33,000 nt of DNA. Source: Octopus bimaculoides. Its lineage: Eukaryota. A program made the translations under genes and the position numbers. A model generated the notes under the pieces. The model did not search any database, was not told where the DNA came from, and was given only the letters and a program-made list of their open reading frames with translations. Numbering within the stretch: position 1 is the stretch's first letter; the number at the start of each line of letters is the position of its first letter. Shown in pieces: positions 10,966 through 21,829 of this stretch. Location of the stretch: positions 10,547,202-10,580,201 of the forward strand of contig NC_068992.1 in NCBI RefSeq assembly GCF_001194135.2. The letters run 5' to 3'.

Positions 10966-11981
10966 TACTTAATGACTATTTACATATAAACTGTAAATGA
11001 CTTTCTAAACATTCAAAACCAGCTTCTTTTAAAAGAAAAAAAAATCACGATTAGTAAGTATTAATTATTGAACAGTGATAACTATTTTGATAAGCAAATA
11101 AATAAACAATGCAGACAGGGAATAAAAAAATTAATACACAAGGCAGATAGAAAAGTTTGTGAATTGAATATGAACGTAACTAAAGACCTATGTGTCATAA
11201 CGTTCAAGCAACAACAAACAGGAACCCCACTAAACCTAAGTTAAAAAAGAAAAGAAAACTGCAAACCAAACAAATGGAAAGAAAGCTCTTGTGGTCTGTA
11301 AAATCTTGCCAGTAACTGATTTTGACATGATTCAGGTAAATCGTGTCAGGGATCATGCCATGGCAGTATGATAGAATTCTTGACATGTTAAAGGAAATAT
11401 GGAAATAGTAACTTTGTGTGTCAAAAAAAGTATTAAGCATATAAATCAAATGCATACTAAATATAAGACAGATGAACATATCATCAAAACCTTGATTATA
11501 TTTGGTGTAATGCAACACAAAATGCATTACACCATACAATAAATTAACACTTTTAATATGCTACAAAGCTCTAACATTTCAAACAATCTAGTAATGATCA
11601 ATGTGATAAATAAATTTGATGGCAAATATGATAGTTGTAAACTTCATGACTCTAACTGTTATATTGGCAATATAAGCATGACAGCTTCCAACATTAAATT
11701 ACAATGCACTCACCTCAAAATGCAAAATCAAAATAGACATAAAAACGTGAGTAGACAACATACCTAAAAACTATAGAATTCTCCACAATTATAAACAATT
11801 AATGACAGAATCAATTCTTATGAGATATAAATTGACAGAATATATTAATTCCAAACAAGAATAAAAACCTGACTGATGATGATATATGAATATAGGAGTT
11901 AAAATTCAAATTCTAGTGGTATTGTCTACATCAATTGCATGAGTATAAAGAGGCAGCAACATACTCCAATATTACTTCATC

Positions 11982-12016
11982 CTGAAGATGAGTTTCTATG
12001 AAGGTCTAAAAATGTT
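11982..12016 (+). ncRNA. Degenerate minimal hammerhead-like motif
   Basis: Intact CTGAAGA plus extra T, 7-bp stem II GAGTTTC/GAAGGTC (one mismatch, loop TAT), then TAAAAATGTT instead of GAAACATGT. Confidence 0.38.
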
Positions 12017-12299
12017 CCAAATAACTTGCAAGGATTTCATACGAAAATATTAAAAAGCTTGATCACAAAGTATAAAATGGAACATAAAATGTCTTCACCA
12101 GACAACTAAAAGAGAAGCTGTTTCCTACCCATCCAGACATCCAGACATACATACATACATACATACACATATATATGCAGGCAGGTATGACATACAAACA
12201 TGCATATATACATTTATACATACATGAAGATGTACTGAAGAAGCGGGTGCAGAGTGAAGACAAAAGAATTTATGGGAAAATAATATATATATATATATA

Positions 12300-12512
12300 T
12301 CTCCATGATAGATCGCTAGCCACTACACATTCTTTTTGTTTTCTTTCCTTATTTTCTCTCTTTATTTTCTCTCCTTGTTTCTTTCTGTGTTCGTTTCTGT
12401 GGAAGAGCATAGGCTTGAAACGTTAAAGACTTTTTCACTTCCCGAGCGTTAAACGAATACATCTGTTTGTTGTCTACACCACCTGTCTCTGTCTTTTGTT
12501 TTTTTTGTGAAT
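12300..12512 (+). mobile_element. Penelope-like element terminal-repeat relic carrying a hammerhead-like motif
   Basis: Pyrimidine-rich leader, then CTGTGGA-A-GAGC-ATAG-GCTT-GAAAC-GTT-AAAG (12397-12428). This architecture is typical of Penelope pLTR hammerheads. Confidence 0.6.
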
Positions 12513-14098
12513 TCTCCTTATATATATGTGTGTGTGTGTGCGTGTGTGTGTGTGTGTGCAAAATGGACACATACAAGCTCCATCCCTCATCAGTTGTCAG
12601 CCAAATATCATCATGATTTCGACTTTTTTGGCAAATATTGTTTGAGTTGGTAGTCAGAAACATTAGCTGATGGAGTATAAGAGGAGTAGACAATAGACGA
12701 ACATGGCGAGGAAAAACTTGAGATAAGTTTGCTGACTGAAATGACAAGGACTGTAGACGGAATGGTAAATAAATATGAATTGTGAAAAGAACAGATAAGA
12801 CATATACATATACACACACACACACACACATATATACAGAGAGAGAGGAGGGGAAAAGAGAGAGGGAGGCCAGTTGCTAATATCCAGGTTGTACATGTGT
12901 TATCAATAAATTTCTATTCAATTTAGTCTTATTCCCAAACATGTTATATTCTGTCAGCTAAACATACATTTATTTCATAAAACAATGTTGAAGTTTACAT
13001 CATATTTTAATGTTCAGCACACCCTAATTCACTAGCTATAGAAAACTTCTGCAACAACAACAGTAGCAGTAGCAGCAGCAGCAGCAGCTGTAGCAGATGT
13101 ATTGGAATTAGTGGTAGTTATTGTTTGTGCTATTATATTTGTGGTGAAGACTTTCATTCCATCTTCTGCGATATAATGATACAGAAGCGGAATATTTGTA
13201 TGTCTACCACCAAACAGAAAATTTATATAAAAAAAAAAGAAAAAAAGAAGAGAAACCAAAAAAAAAATCTATTAATCTTGATTTAAACTTTCAAACAAGA
13301 ACAAAATTGAAATAAACCAGTAAATAAATGAATAGATAAATAAATAAAATAAAAGTTCTATTAGCATAATGTGTTCTATCTATTTCATTTGCATAATGCA
13401 TTCTAAAATAATCCATTAGAGTGAGAAATGGTACGAAAATAACTTTGGTGCTGCAGTTTATTTGTAAATAAACAAACTAGTAGTTAACAGGGTGGGATGA
13501 AATGGGGGTGGAGGAAAGGATAAGGAGTGCTATTTGCCAAAGAAATAAAATAAAAATAAAATGAATAAAAAAGAAATATACTGTAATGCTAATCAAAGAT
13601 CCATAAATAGTTGAATTGCTGATTGGTTCAGCGAAAAGAAGTTCTACAAGGGTAAATGATGCTGTTGTTCTTGTTGATGCAGCTGTTGTTATTGTAATTG
13701 TTGTTGTTGTTTTAGTTGGTGGTGTTGAGTTGTCCTCCTGGTTGGCTCTGCTTGAGGAAGTCTATAATCTGGAAGTTGCTAATGAAACAATGTATTCAGT
13801 GAATGCTTCTAACTTTAGCTATCCAGTCATTATCTTGCATTAAGTGAGAGGGAGGAGGAAAACGGGAGAAATGCAGTCTTAAGTGGTCTCAGTTTTAAAG
13901 AAAATATTTATAATGCTGATGGTAGATTCATTGATACATTGCATATATCTAAAGCCTCTAATGACATTCCCTTATTTGCTCATGTAGTCTACATTCAGAA
14001 ACTGCAGTAGAGAGGAGAGATTGATAGAAAATAAAGACTTTAGATTCTGGAGTACCTGAGAGGCAAAGGCATATGACTAGCCAGCTCTAGGAAACAAA

Positions 14099-14099
14099 G

Positions 14100-14157
<58 letters not shown>

Positions 14158-14175
14158 GAGGAGGAGGAGGAGGAG
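14099..14175. repeat. (TAG)n-(GAG)n microsatellite
   Basis: Direct reading. Confidence 0.95.
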
Positions 14176-14364
14176 ACGACAGTATGGTTGAAACAGGCTC
14201 CAGAATGACATCTTACTGATTCCTTAGGTGGTTGTTTCTGAGTGCAATTGTTGACACTGGTTTTGCTGTTCTTTTTATTATTCCTGTCTTCAAATTTACT
14301 TGTTAGACTGCTTGGAATATTTTTATGCATTAACAATTCATTCAAATGTTCATTTTTTTTCTTC

Positions 14365-14460
14365 TTGACCCAGCATCATTAGAACTCAGAATGTAAAGAT
14401 GGATGGAATGCTGCTAAGCATTTTGCTCAGCATGCTAGAAATTCTGACAGCAGCCCTTAT
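14365..14460 (-). mobile_element. SINE family B fragment
   Basis: AGAACTCAGAATGTAAAGATGGATGGAATGCTGCTAAGCATTTTGCTCAGCATGCTA. Confidence 0.75.
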
Positions 14461-14559
14461 TATTGTTGTTGTCGTTGATGATGATGATGTTGTTGTGACT
14501 CTTGTTGTTCTGCTTGCTATAATTTGTTATCTTGCCTATGACTAGTCTATCATTCTTAC

Positions 14560-14685
14560 CTTCATCATCTCTAAACTGACAGGTGTGTTTCTCCTTTTTA
14601 TGATCAGAAATATCCATGAATGGGTGATCAGTCTTATTGAGTCATTGATTTAACCTGTGGGATCCAGTTTTTTCTTCTGTTCATG
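14560..14685 (-). other. Candidate 126-nt exon (unverified)
   Basis: Acceptor TTTTTTTTGGCTTGCATTTAACTCTTTCATCAG and donor AAG/GTAAGA. No frame is open across the exon; an internal ATG gives MDISDHKKEKHTCQFRDDE. Confidence 0.3.
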
Positions 14686-16456
14686 CTGATGAAAGAGTTA
14701 AATGCAAGCCAAAAAAAATTACTATCTATTTTACTGCACTGCTGCCATCAAAGGGATGAATAAACAAGTTATCTATGAAACAATAAACAAAAATTAAAAA
14801 GGACTTTGATGGCAAGTAATAAAAAATCGTTATTATCTAAGCATAATTGTAACCTCATTACATTTATCAGAATAATGTTGAAGACTTTACTTTCAGTCAT
14901 AGAATATGAACGAGTACTGTATATTGGTTTTTTTAAACATTAAGAACTTTTTGATGCTTTACTTCATCATCAAAGTCCTTGAAAAACAACAAAACAGCTG
15001 GCTGAAATCTAACAGTTTACAATTTTCAATCTACATAGCACAATAATACAACATCAAGGGAACGGCATTGAATTCCATTAATAGGGCGCAGAAAATTCAG
15101 CGATATAATATCATTTCCGTTTCAGTAAAATGGATATAAATTTAATTAGAGGAATATTAGGAATGAAGCTGAGGTTTTGAAACCTAAGTGTGTTGTTAGT
15201 AAAGGTTTTGGTAACAACCTAAGAAAAAAGTGAAAGAAAACAAAATATAATACAGACAAATGTAAATTCAGTTGACCAAATTAAATGAAGTCAGTTATAA
15301 TTCGAAATGTCTTTCTTGGCTGCTCCTTTGATGAAAAATATTCCATATAAATGTTCTTCAGATAAGGTTTTTTGCTACATGGGTTATAATGTATCTAAAT
15401 TTGATAAATCAACAGAATATAAACATGTAGCTTTAAGGAATTTGAAGTTTTGTTATGGTATGTTTACCTGGAATGATATTCAGAAATGGTGCCATGTTTA
15501 CATTGTTTATTTATTTAGTAATCATACAAATAAGATTGTATTTGCAAATGTTGATGTTATTATTTTCCTACAAAATGTAAATAAATTGTACGTTCTACTG
15601 TTAGAGTACTAAATGTAAGAACCAGAAAGGAAACAAAAAAGGTAAAAAATATATATAGAACTAATGCAGAAAAAAACAGTAAAATTACCAAAGAAATATA
15701 TCTCCCAAGCAATAATATAGTAACAGTGAGACTTATCTTAGTAAGTCTTTTCCTTGATATTTATATTAAGTTTCAAGTTTATACTCTTAGTGTTGTAACA
15801 TTGTTAGTAGAAGAACTGTGAAAATATGGCAGAATGTTCCACAAAGAAAATTATATTGTATAGATAAATTCTTGTTGGAACTTATATTTACAGTAAAATT
15901 GCAAACATATGTGACAAGATTACAAATAGAATATGCAGGAAATGTCTAAGATGAAAATAAGACATAATCTATTATATCTTCTTAAAAAACCAAAAAACAA
16001 AAACAAAACAACTCCCAAAACCCGTCTGTGATTTGTTAAAGAAGGAGGAAAATAAAACAAAAGACAGGAATCTCCTTTATGTAAGGAAATAGTTTAGTTT
16101 AGTTGATTCCTACCAACAAGTGAGTGTTGGTGATTAAGAAAGAGATAATAGTAATCAAATAAAATCATAAATAAACTAAGATCCTCTCAAAAACCGTGCC
16201 TGCCAGAAACCTTTGATGTTTCTCTCAATTCTCTAATAAGTGGATATGTTTGATATGTTATACGAACGTTGGACAATGTAAATCACGTTTTAAAATTATA
16301 GTTGCACTTTTTCTCCAGTGAGGAAGTATTCCTATGCTTGGATATAATTTGGTTGTAGTTTCCATCAGAACACAAATGTTCTATAGTCTATTAGGCTACA
16401 AATACATATTCTGTTAAACAGTTATTATAGATGCATTGCATCAATTTCAATCAACG

Positions 16457-16927
16457 TCATCATCGTCTGCGTTTAATGTCTGCTTTCCATTCTGGCATGT
16501 GTTGGACGGTTTGATTGAGGACTGGTGAGCCAGAAGGCTGCACCAGGCTCAACCTGATCTGGCAAAGTTTCTACAGCTGGATGCCCTTCCTAATGCCAAC
16601 CACTCCAAGAGTGTAGTGGGTGCTTTTTATGTGCCATGAGCATGAGGGCCAGTCAGGTGGTTCTAGCAATAACCACACTCAAAAGGTGTTTTTTATGTGC
16701 TACCTGCATGGGAGCCAGTCTGGCAGCACTGACAATGACCACACTTGAATGTGGTTTTTCATGTGCCCCTGGCACATGTGCCAGTAAGGCAATGCTGGCA
16801 ACGATCACGCTCGAATGGTGCTTTTTACGTACCACCAGAACGGGAGCCAATTTGTGGCCCTGGCAATGATCATGTTCAGATGTGCTTTTAACATTCCACT
16901 GGCACGAGTGCCAATCAGGTGGTACTG
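16457..16927 (-). mobile_element. SINE-like family C with internal ~65-bp units
   Basis: Same tail and body as 21830-22363 in reverse orientation, with several GTGCTTTTTATGTGCC-containing units. Confidence 0.88.
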
Positions 16928-16964
16928 TGAAATGCAGAAAGAAAAATAGAATTATTCTTTTTTA

Positions 16965-17090
16965 CTCTAAGCATAACGCCCGAAATTTTTGGGGAGGGGG
17001 CCAGCCAATCAGATCGACCCAAGTACACAACAGGTACCTATTTTTTGGACCCCAAAAGGATGAAAGGAGAAATATAAAATTATTTAGTGA
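16965..17090 (-). mobile_element. SINE family B 3' fragment
   Basis: GAAATTTTTGGGGAGGGGGCCAGCCAATCAGATCGACCC...AGGATGAAAGG. Confidence 0.7.
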
Positions 17091-17285
17091 GGTTGATGAA
17101 CAGGAGTTATATGGTGGCCTGCAGTAAATATATATATATACATATATATTTTATTATTTTGCTTATGCATAACCTGGTGTTAGAACTCAGTATACATGCT
17201 TCAGAACAAACCATCAGCTGAGTATAGAGTAGTAATAAGAAATTGAAATGACAAGAGTATAAGAAATTATGCCATGAACTTAATT

Positions 17286-17366
17286 AGCTTACAGCTGTTT
17301 CTGCTTTAGGGTGCAATGTATTCATAGCGGAGTGCTTGAGTATCACCCTATAGCTTAATCAGAACT
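17286..17366 (-). ncRNA. Degenerate type-I hammerhead ribozyme motif
   Basis: Minus strand: AGTT-CTGATTA-AGCTATAGGGTG-(30 nt)-CACCCTAAAGCA-GAA-ACAGCTGT-A-AGCT. All three stems are present, stem III is palindromic and the site is GUA, but core G8 is U. Confidence 0.65.
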
Positions 17367-18979
17367 TCAAAAATATAACTGAATTTTATTTTGCAAAGCA
17401 TTCACGTTTATATATATGTGTGTATATAAAATATAAAGAGAGTAGATATAAAATGAAAAAAATTTATTTCACCAATTGACACCCTCATAACTACAATCAT
17501 TTTGCAGCCTTTATCATATAAAAACGTTATTTTAGTGTATGATAAATAAATAAATAAATAAATATACAATAAATTATTTTACATGTCTATTTTACATGTA
17601 TATAATGTAGATTATATAATGAAGTTGTATAATTTTAAATTAACTCAGGTAAAAATCCAGCTCGTCTGGTCAAAGAATATCGTAGTTACTTTACTTTTCT
17701 GTCAACACAATAGGTATATGCAAATGCAGAAGAGTCGACATTCAAAATATTGATATATGGAAGGCAATACGTAATACAATTAACAAAACAGTTTAATATA
17801 AGAGGGAGGAGGGAAATTTAGCAAGATATAAAAAAGTGAACTTACTTTTTACCTGGAAATTGTGTTAAATCTAAAAATTTTGTGCTACAACCAAGTCAAG
17901 ATTAGCTTTAAAATAACCACAATATGAGTGATTTAAAATGCCTGACTCTGTACAAGTGTTGCTGTTGCTATTATTATCTTCAAAAGTATTTGTTTGACTC
18001 TTTGAAATAATTTTTTCCATTAATTGTTCCTCGAAACATTTATGTTTTTCTCCTTTTTGTTCTACATCATTTCTTAGTACACTATTTTGACTTGTATAGC
18101 CATTTGAATGTGAAATTGTGACCAGCATGCTTAAGTAAATAAAATTAAGAGCAAAAACAAATTTTTCTTCATGTGTATTCTTGGATTTGGTGGGCAAGCC
18201 TTTTTTGGGTAATTATAATCCTGTTTTAGCTAGTACTCCAATGAAAATTTCATTCGGTAATGCAAAGAGAAAGAAGTAAAAAATGCTTTCAATCAATTAG
18301 CATGAATAATAACAAGAACATGAACACCAACAACAACAGCAATAAAAACAAGAACAGTGCCTTCAAAGCTGTAGTAGATTCTGCTTATTGAGAGGAAGTT
18401 TTGTTTTCTTTTGTGCTTATGCTTTTGATCAGTACTTTGGCTGAGCCAACTTGTCTTTATCTAAGGTAGTCAGTCTTAAAATCTAAATCTTAAAACATGT
18501 CATGCCATAATAGGTTAAAAAAAATGTGCAAACTGATTGGTTATTTAATGTATCCTCTCCAATCCTCGTTCTGGTAACTCTGTTGATAAGGGTTTTTAAA
18601 ATTATGACAGTACCTCTAATACTGCATACTAAGTGTTCTCAACCTTTTTTTTAATTCTTAAAGCTACACAGTAACCGTACTAACACAACTGATTTCCAAT
18701 GCAAACATTGTTAATCCACAGTTATACAAATCTGATCCAAGCAGAATATTCTTTTATAATCTAGTTATCAGATTTTTCTTTTCTAGCCTCAATCTCTATG
18801 ATTTTTTTTATTTGAATGAAAGTTTTATTTATTTATTTTTTTCTAAACTGTATTTTAAATAAGATTTTGAAATAAAATTAATTACTTTACATCATTCCAG
18901 CTTGATGTACACAAATGTTAAGTAAATAGCTTAACACATTAATATTCATGATACTGATATCTTTTATATATATATGATA

Positions 18980-19145
18980 TTAGGCTACAGGTTGGGAAGT
19001 AGAGATAATTGAATTATGTACTGACAGATAATTGATAAAACTTATATTGATTCTCGATGGATGTAAGGCAAATTCTTCTCCTGGTGAGATTTGAACTCAA
19101 AGCATAAAAGGATTGAATTAAATACTTCAATACCTTTCTTTAACA
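18980..19145 (-). mobile_element. Old SINE family B copy
   Basis: GGATGTAAGGCAAA..GAGATTTGAACTCAAAGCATAAAAGG pattern. Confidence 0.55.
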
Positions 19146-19223
19146 TCCATAATAAATAATGATGTTAGATGTATTAATATACATTCATATGAAGTTAAGT
19201 AGTGTGTTTGGTTAAATTTTAAC

Positions 19224-19433
19224 CTTGTGGCCTTCATCATTATTAATTTACAAAATCTTGGTTATGTGAATGACCTTGCAGCTCTCTATTCAAAGAGAGA
19301 TCATCTACAAGAGAAAACCAATGAGTTGAATAATTATGTAAAGCAGATAGACCTTATTGTTAATACCTCAAAAACACAAGTCATGCACATAAACTTCAAC
19401 ACCCCTACATTTATCACTGCCAACACAAACTAA
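19224..19433 (+). mobile_element. RTE-clade LINE reverse transcriptase fragment
   Basis: LQNLGYVNDLAALYSKRDHLQEKTNELNNYVKQIDLIVNTSKTQVM matches the RT YADD region (LEDLDYADDLALLS...MQEKT...GL.IN..KT.VM). Confidence 0.8.
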
Positions 19434-19506
19434 AAATACAAAGCTGCATGAATAAAAATGAACATTTTAATGAATAATTAATAGAAAAAGTATTTCAAAC
19501 GATATA

Positions 19507-20340
19507 TGAAGGTCGACTGAAAAGTTCATAGGCTGACCAAGACACGCTCATGAAATGTGACTAAATGAGGTTCATTTTTCAACATAGTCTCTCTTGTGGT
19601 TGGCACACTTCTTCCATCAGTGTTGCTGTGCTTGGATCACTTTGGTAAAGAAGCTGCCATCCTGTTGGTCAAAAAAGTCATCAGCAGCAGATATGATGTG
19701 ATCATCACTGTGATACTGGTTCCCAGTTTAGTGTTTTTTTTCATGTTGGCAAACAGATGATAATTAAATGGGACCAAATCAAGAGAATTGGGAGGCTGGT
19801 CAACCATCTCAAAGCTACAGTCACACACAATCTCTATTGAAACCAAGGACTTGTTTGCTGGAGTATTGTCCTGATGAAACAAAATCTCTTCTGTCAGTTT
19901 TCCTGGCCATTTTGGCTTGAAGCAAGTCCACATAGTACGCTCCATTGATGGTATAGTACTTTTGTAGATAATTGATAAATACAATGCTTTTTGCATCCCC
20001 AATAACTGAGGCCATCATTTTCCCTGCAGATGAAATGATAAAATGACCTTTGTCTTCTTTAGAGCAGGTAAGGAGGAATGCTTCCACTGCATGGACTGTC
20101 TCTTTGTCTCTGGCTCAAAATGATGAAGCTAACATTCACCCTGGGTTAGGAAATGTTCAAGGAAATCAACAGACTCTGCCTCAAACAATGTCGGATTTTC
20201 CTGTGATGTGATCAGCTTGGTGCACTTTTGATCAGACGCCAGAAGATATCGCTCTCACTGAGCAGAAATCTTCATCATTGGATATGCTGATAACATTGGC
20301 TATTTGATTCATAGTCAGTCGCTTGTGATGCATGTTCCTG
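19507..20340 (-). mobile_element. DD34D mariner transposon relic, 5'-truncated, right TIR intact
   Basis: Frameshifted segments KRLTMNQIANVISIS, SSAGKMMASVIGDAKSIVFINYLQK, ILFHQDNTPANKS, PPNSLDLVPFNYHLF (YSPDLAPSDY motif) and DYVEK-stop at 19572. TIR TA-TGAAGGTCGACTGAAAAGTTCATAGG at 19505. Confidence 0.92.
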
Positions 20341-20477
20341 GCGTGCCCTAAGCAAATGGGTAACCACAATGGGTTTATTTGGGCTTTGTATATTTGTACC
20401 CCAGTGTCACTTTGATGACATGCATTACTCACTCACTCAATAATAATAATAATATTAATGATAATAATAATTACTTG

Positions 20478-20862
20478 GGATTTAGGCACAAGGCAAGTAA
20501 TTTTGAGAGGTGCAAGATAATTGATTCCTTCAACCACAGTACTTGATTGGTACTTTATTTTATTAAGCCCTAAAGGATGAAAGTTAAAGTGAACCTTGGT
20601 GGGATTTGAACTCAGAATGTAAAGAGCCACAAGAAATACTGTTATGCATGTTTCTGATACTTTAATGATTCTACAAGAGCATGAGGGGTGAGAATTAGTC
20701 AATATTCATTAACTCTAATACTTTAATTTATTGGCCCTGAAAAGATGAAAGGTAAAGCTGATCTTGGTGGGGATTTGAACTCAAAACTTAAAGTGCTGGA
20801 AAAATACTGCAAAAAATTTCTTCTGATATGCAAACAATTCTGAAAGCTTACTGGCCAATTGC
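20478..20862 (-). mobile_element. Two tandem SINE family B copies
   Basis: GGCACAAGG..AGGATGAAAGTTAAAGTGAACCTTGGTGGGATTTGAACTCAGAATG; the core is repeated at ~20740-20800. Confidence 0.8.
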
Positions 20863-21303
20863 CTTTAATAATCATGAATAGGTTGACAAACACATACAAA
20901 AGTGATAAAATAATTAAATCTAAAAAATCCTGATTTCCAGTAAGATTTTGTGAGACATATGGTGAATTTATTAAATGTAATTTATTTAATAAGCTTACTT
21001 ATGGCTGATTGAAACAAACAGTAATATGTTTATGGTGCATGAATTCAGTAATTTGAATGCTAAATAGCTTCACTGAAGTAGAGGTTATTATTCGATACAC
21101 TGACAACAACCACATGTGATTAGAAGCAACTGAAGAATAAAAAACAAGAAATACAGTTCAGTTTGTTTTTAAATTATGATTGCAACACTAACAGAGGAAA
21201 AGGCTTTTTGCAAGGCCCTAGATGAGACTTATCACTTAAAAGCTACACCATCTTTGCTTTGTTCCTTTTTACATTTGTTTTGTTCAGTTTGTTTGGATTA
21301 AAT

Positions 21304-21528
21304 AAATATAGGTTTCAAATTTTGGCACAAGGCCAGTTATTTCAGAGGAAAGGGGTAAAGCGATTACATTGACCTCAGTGGTCAACTGGTACTTATTTTT
21401 ATCAACTGCAAAAAGGACGAAAGGCAAAATTTGGCCTTAATGGAATTTGAACTCAGAATGTGGAGATGGATGAAATGTGACTAAGCATTTTGTCCAATAT
21501 GCTAACAATCCTGCCAGCTTGCTACCTT
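21304..21528 (-). mobile_element. SINE family B copy with probable 9-11 bp TSD
   Basis: Full head-to-tail similarity; (TT)GGATTAAAT occurs at 21293-21303 and 21527-21537. Confidence 0.82.
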
Positions 21529-21829
21529 GGATTAAATTTGTCGGTTGGTATTGCTCATTCCAGGTGTCAGGCTGTATATAAAATGATATAAAACTTTGTC
21601 CTTTAGAAGATTCTGAAGGGAGATCATTTGTCAATCACTTTGTGAGTGTCCCAAATGTCATTTCTCCTGTGTAGAATATATTTTGGCAACCAACTATACA
21701 AAAACGAAGAGGCAGCTATGTTCTGTTTGACACTGAGCATATATAGAAACATATGCACATTTATTATATATTTTAATCCTTGAAAACATTGGTAATAAAT
21801 AACAATAGTATAAAGAAATCGAACTAAAT

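Noticed and set aside
15307-15612. 101-aa plus-strand ORF
   Set aside because: No motif recognised and no convincing splice or promoter context; plausible by chance.
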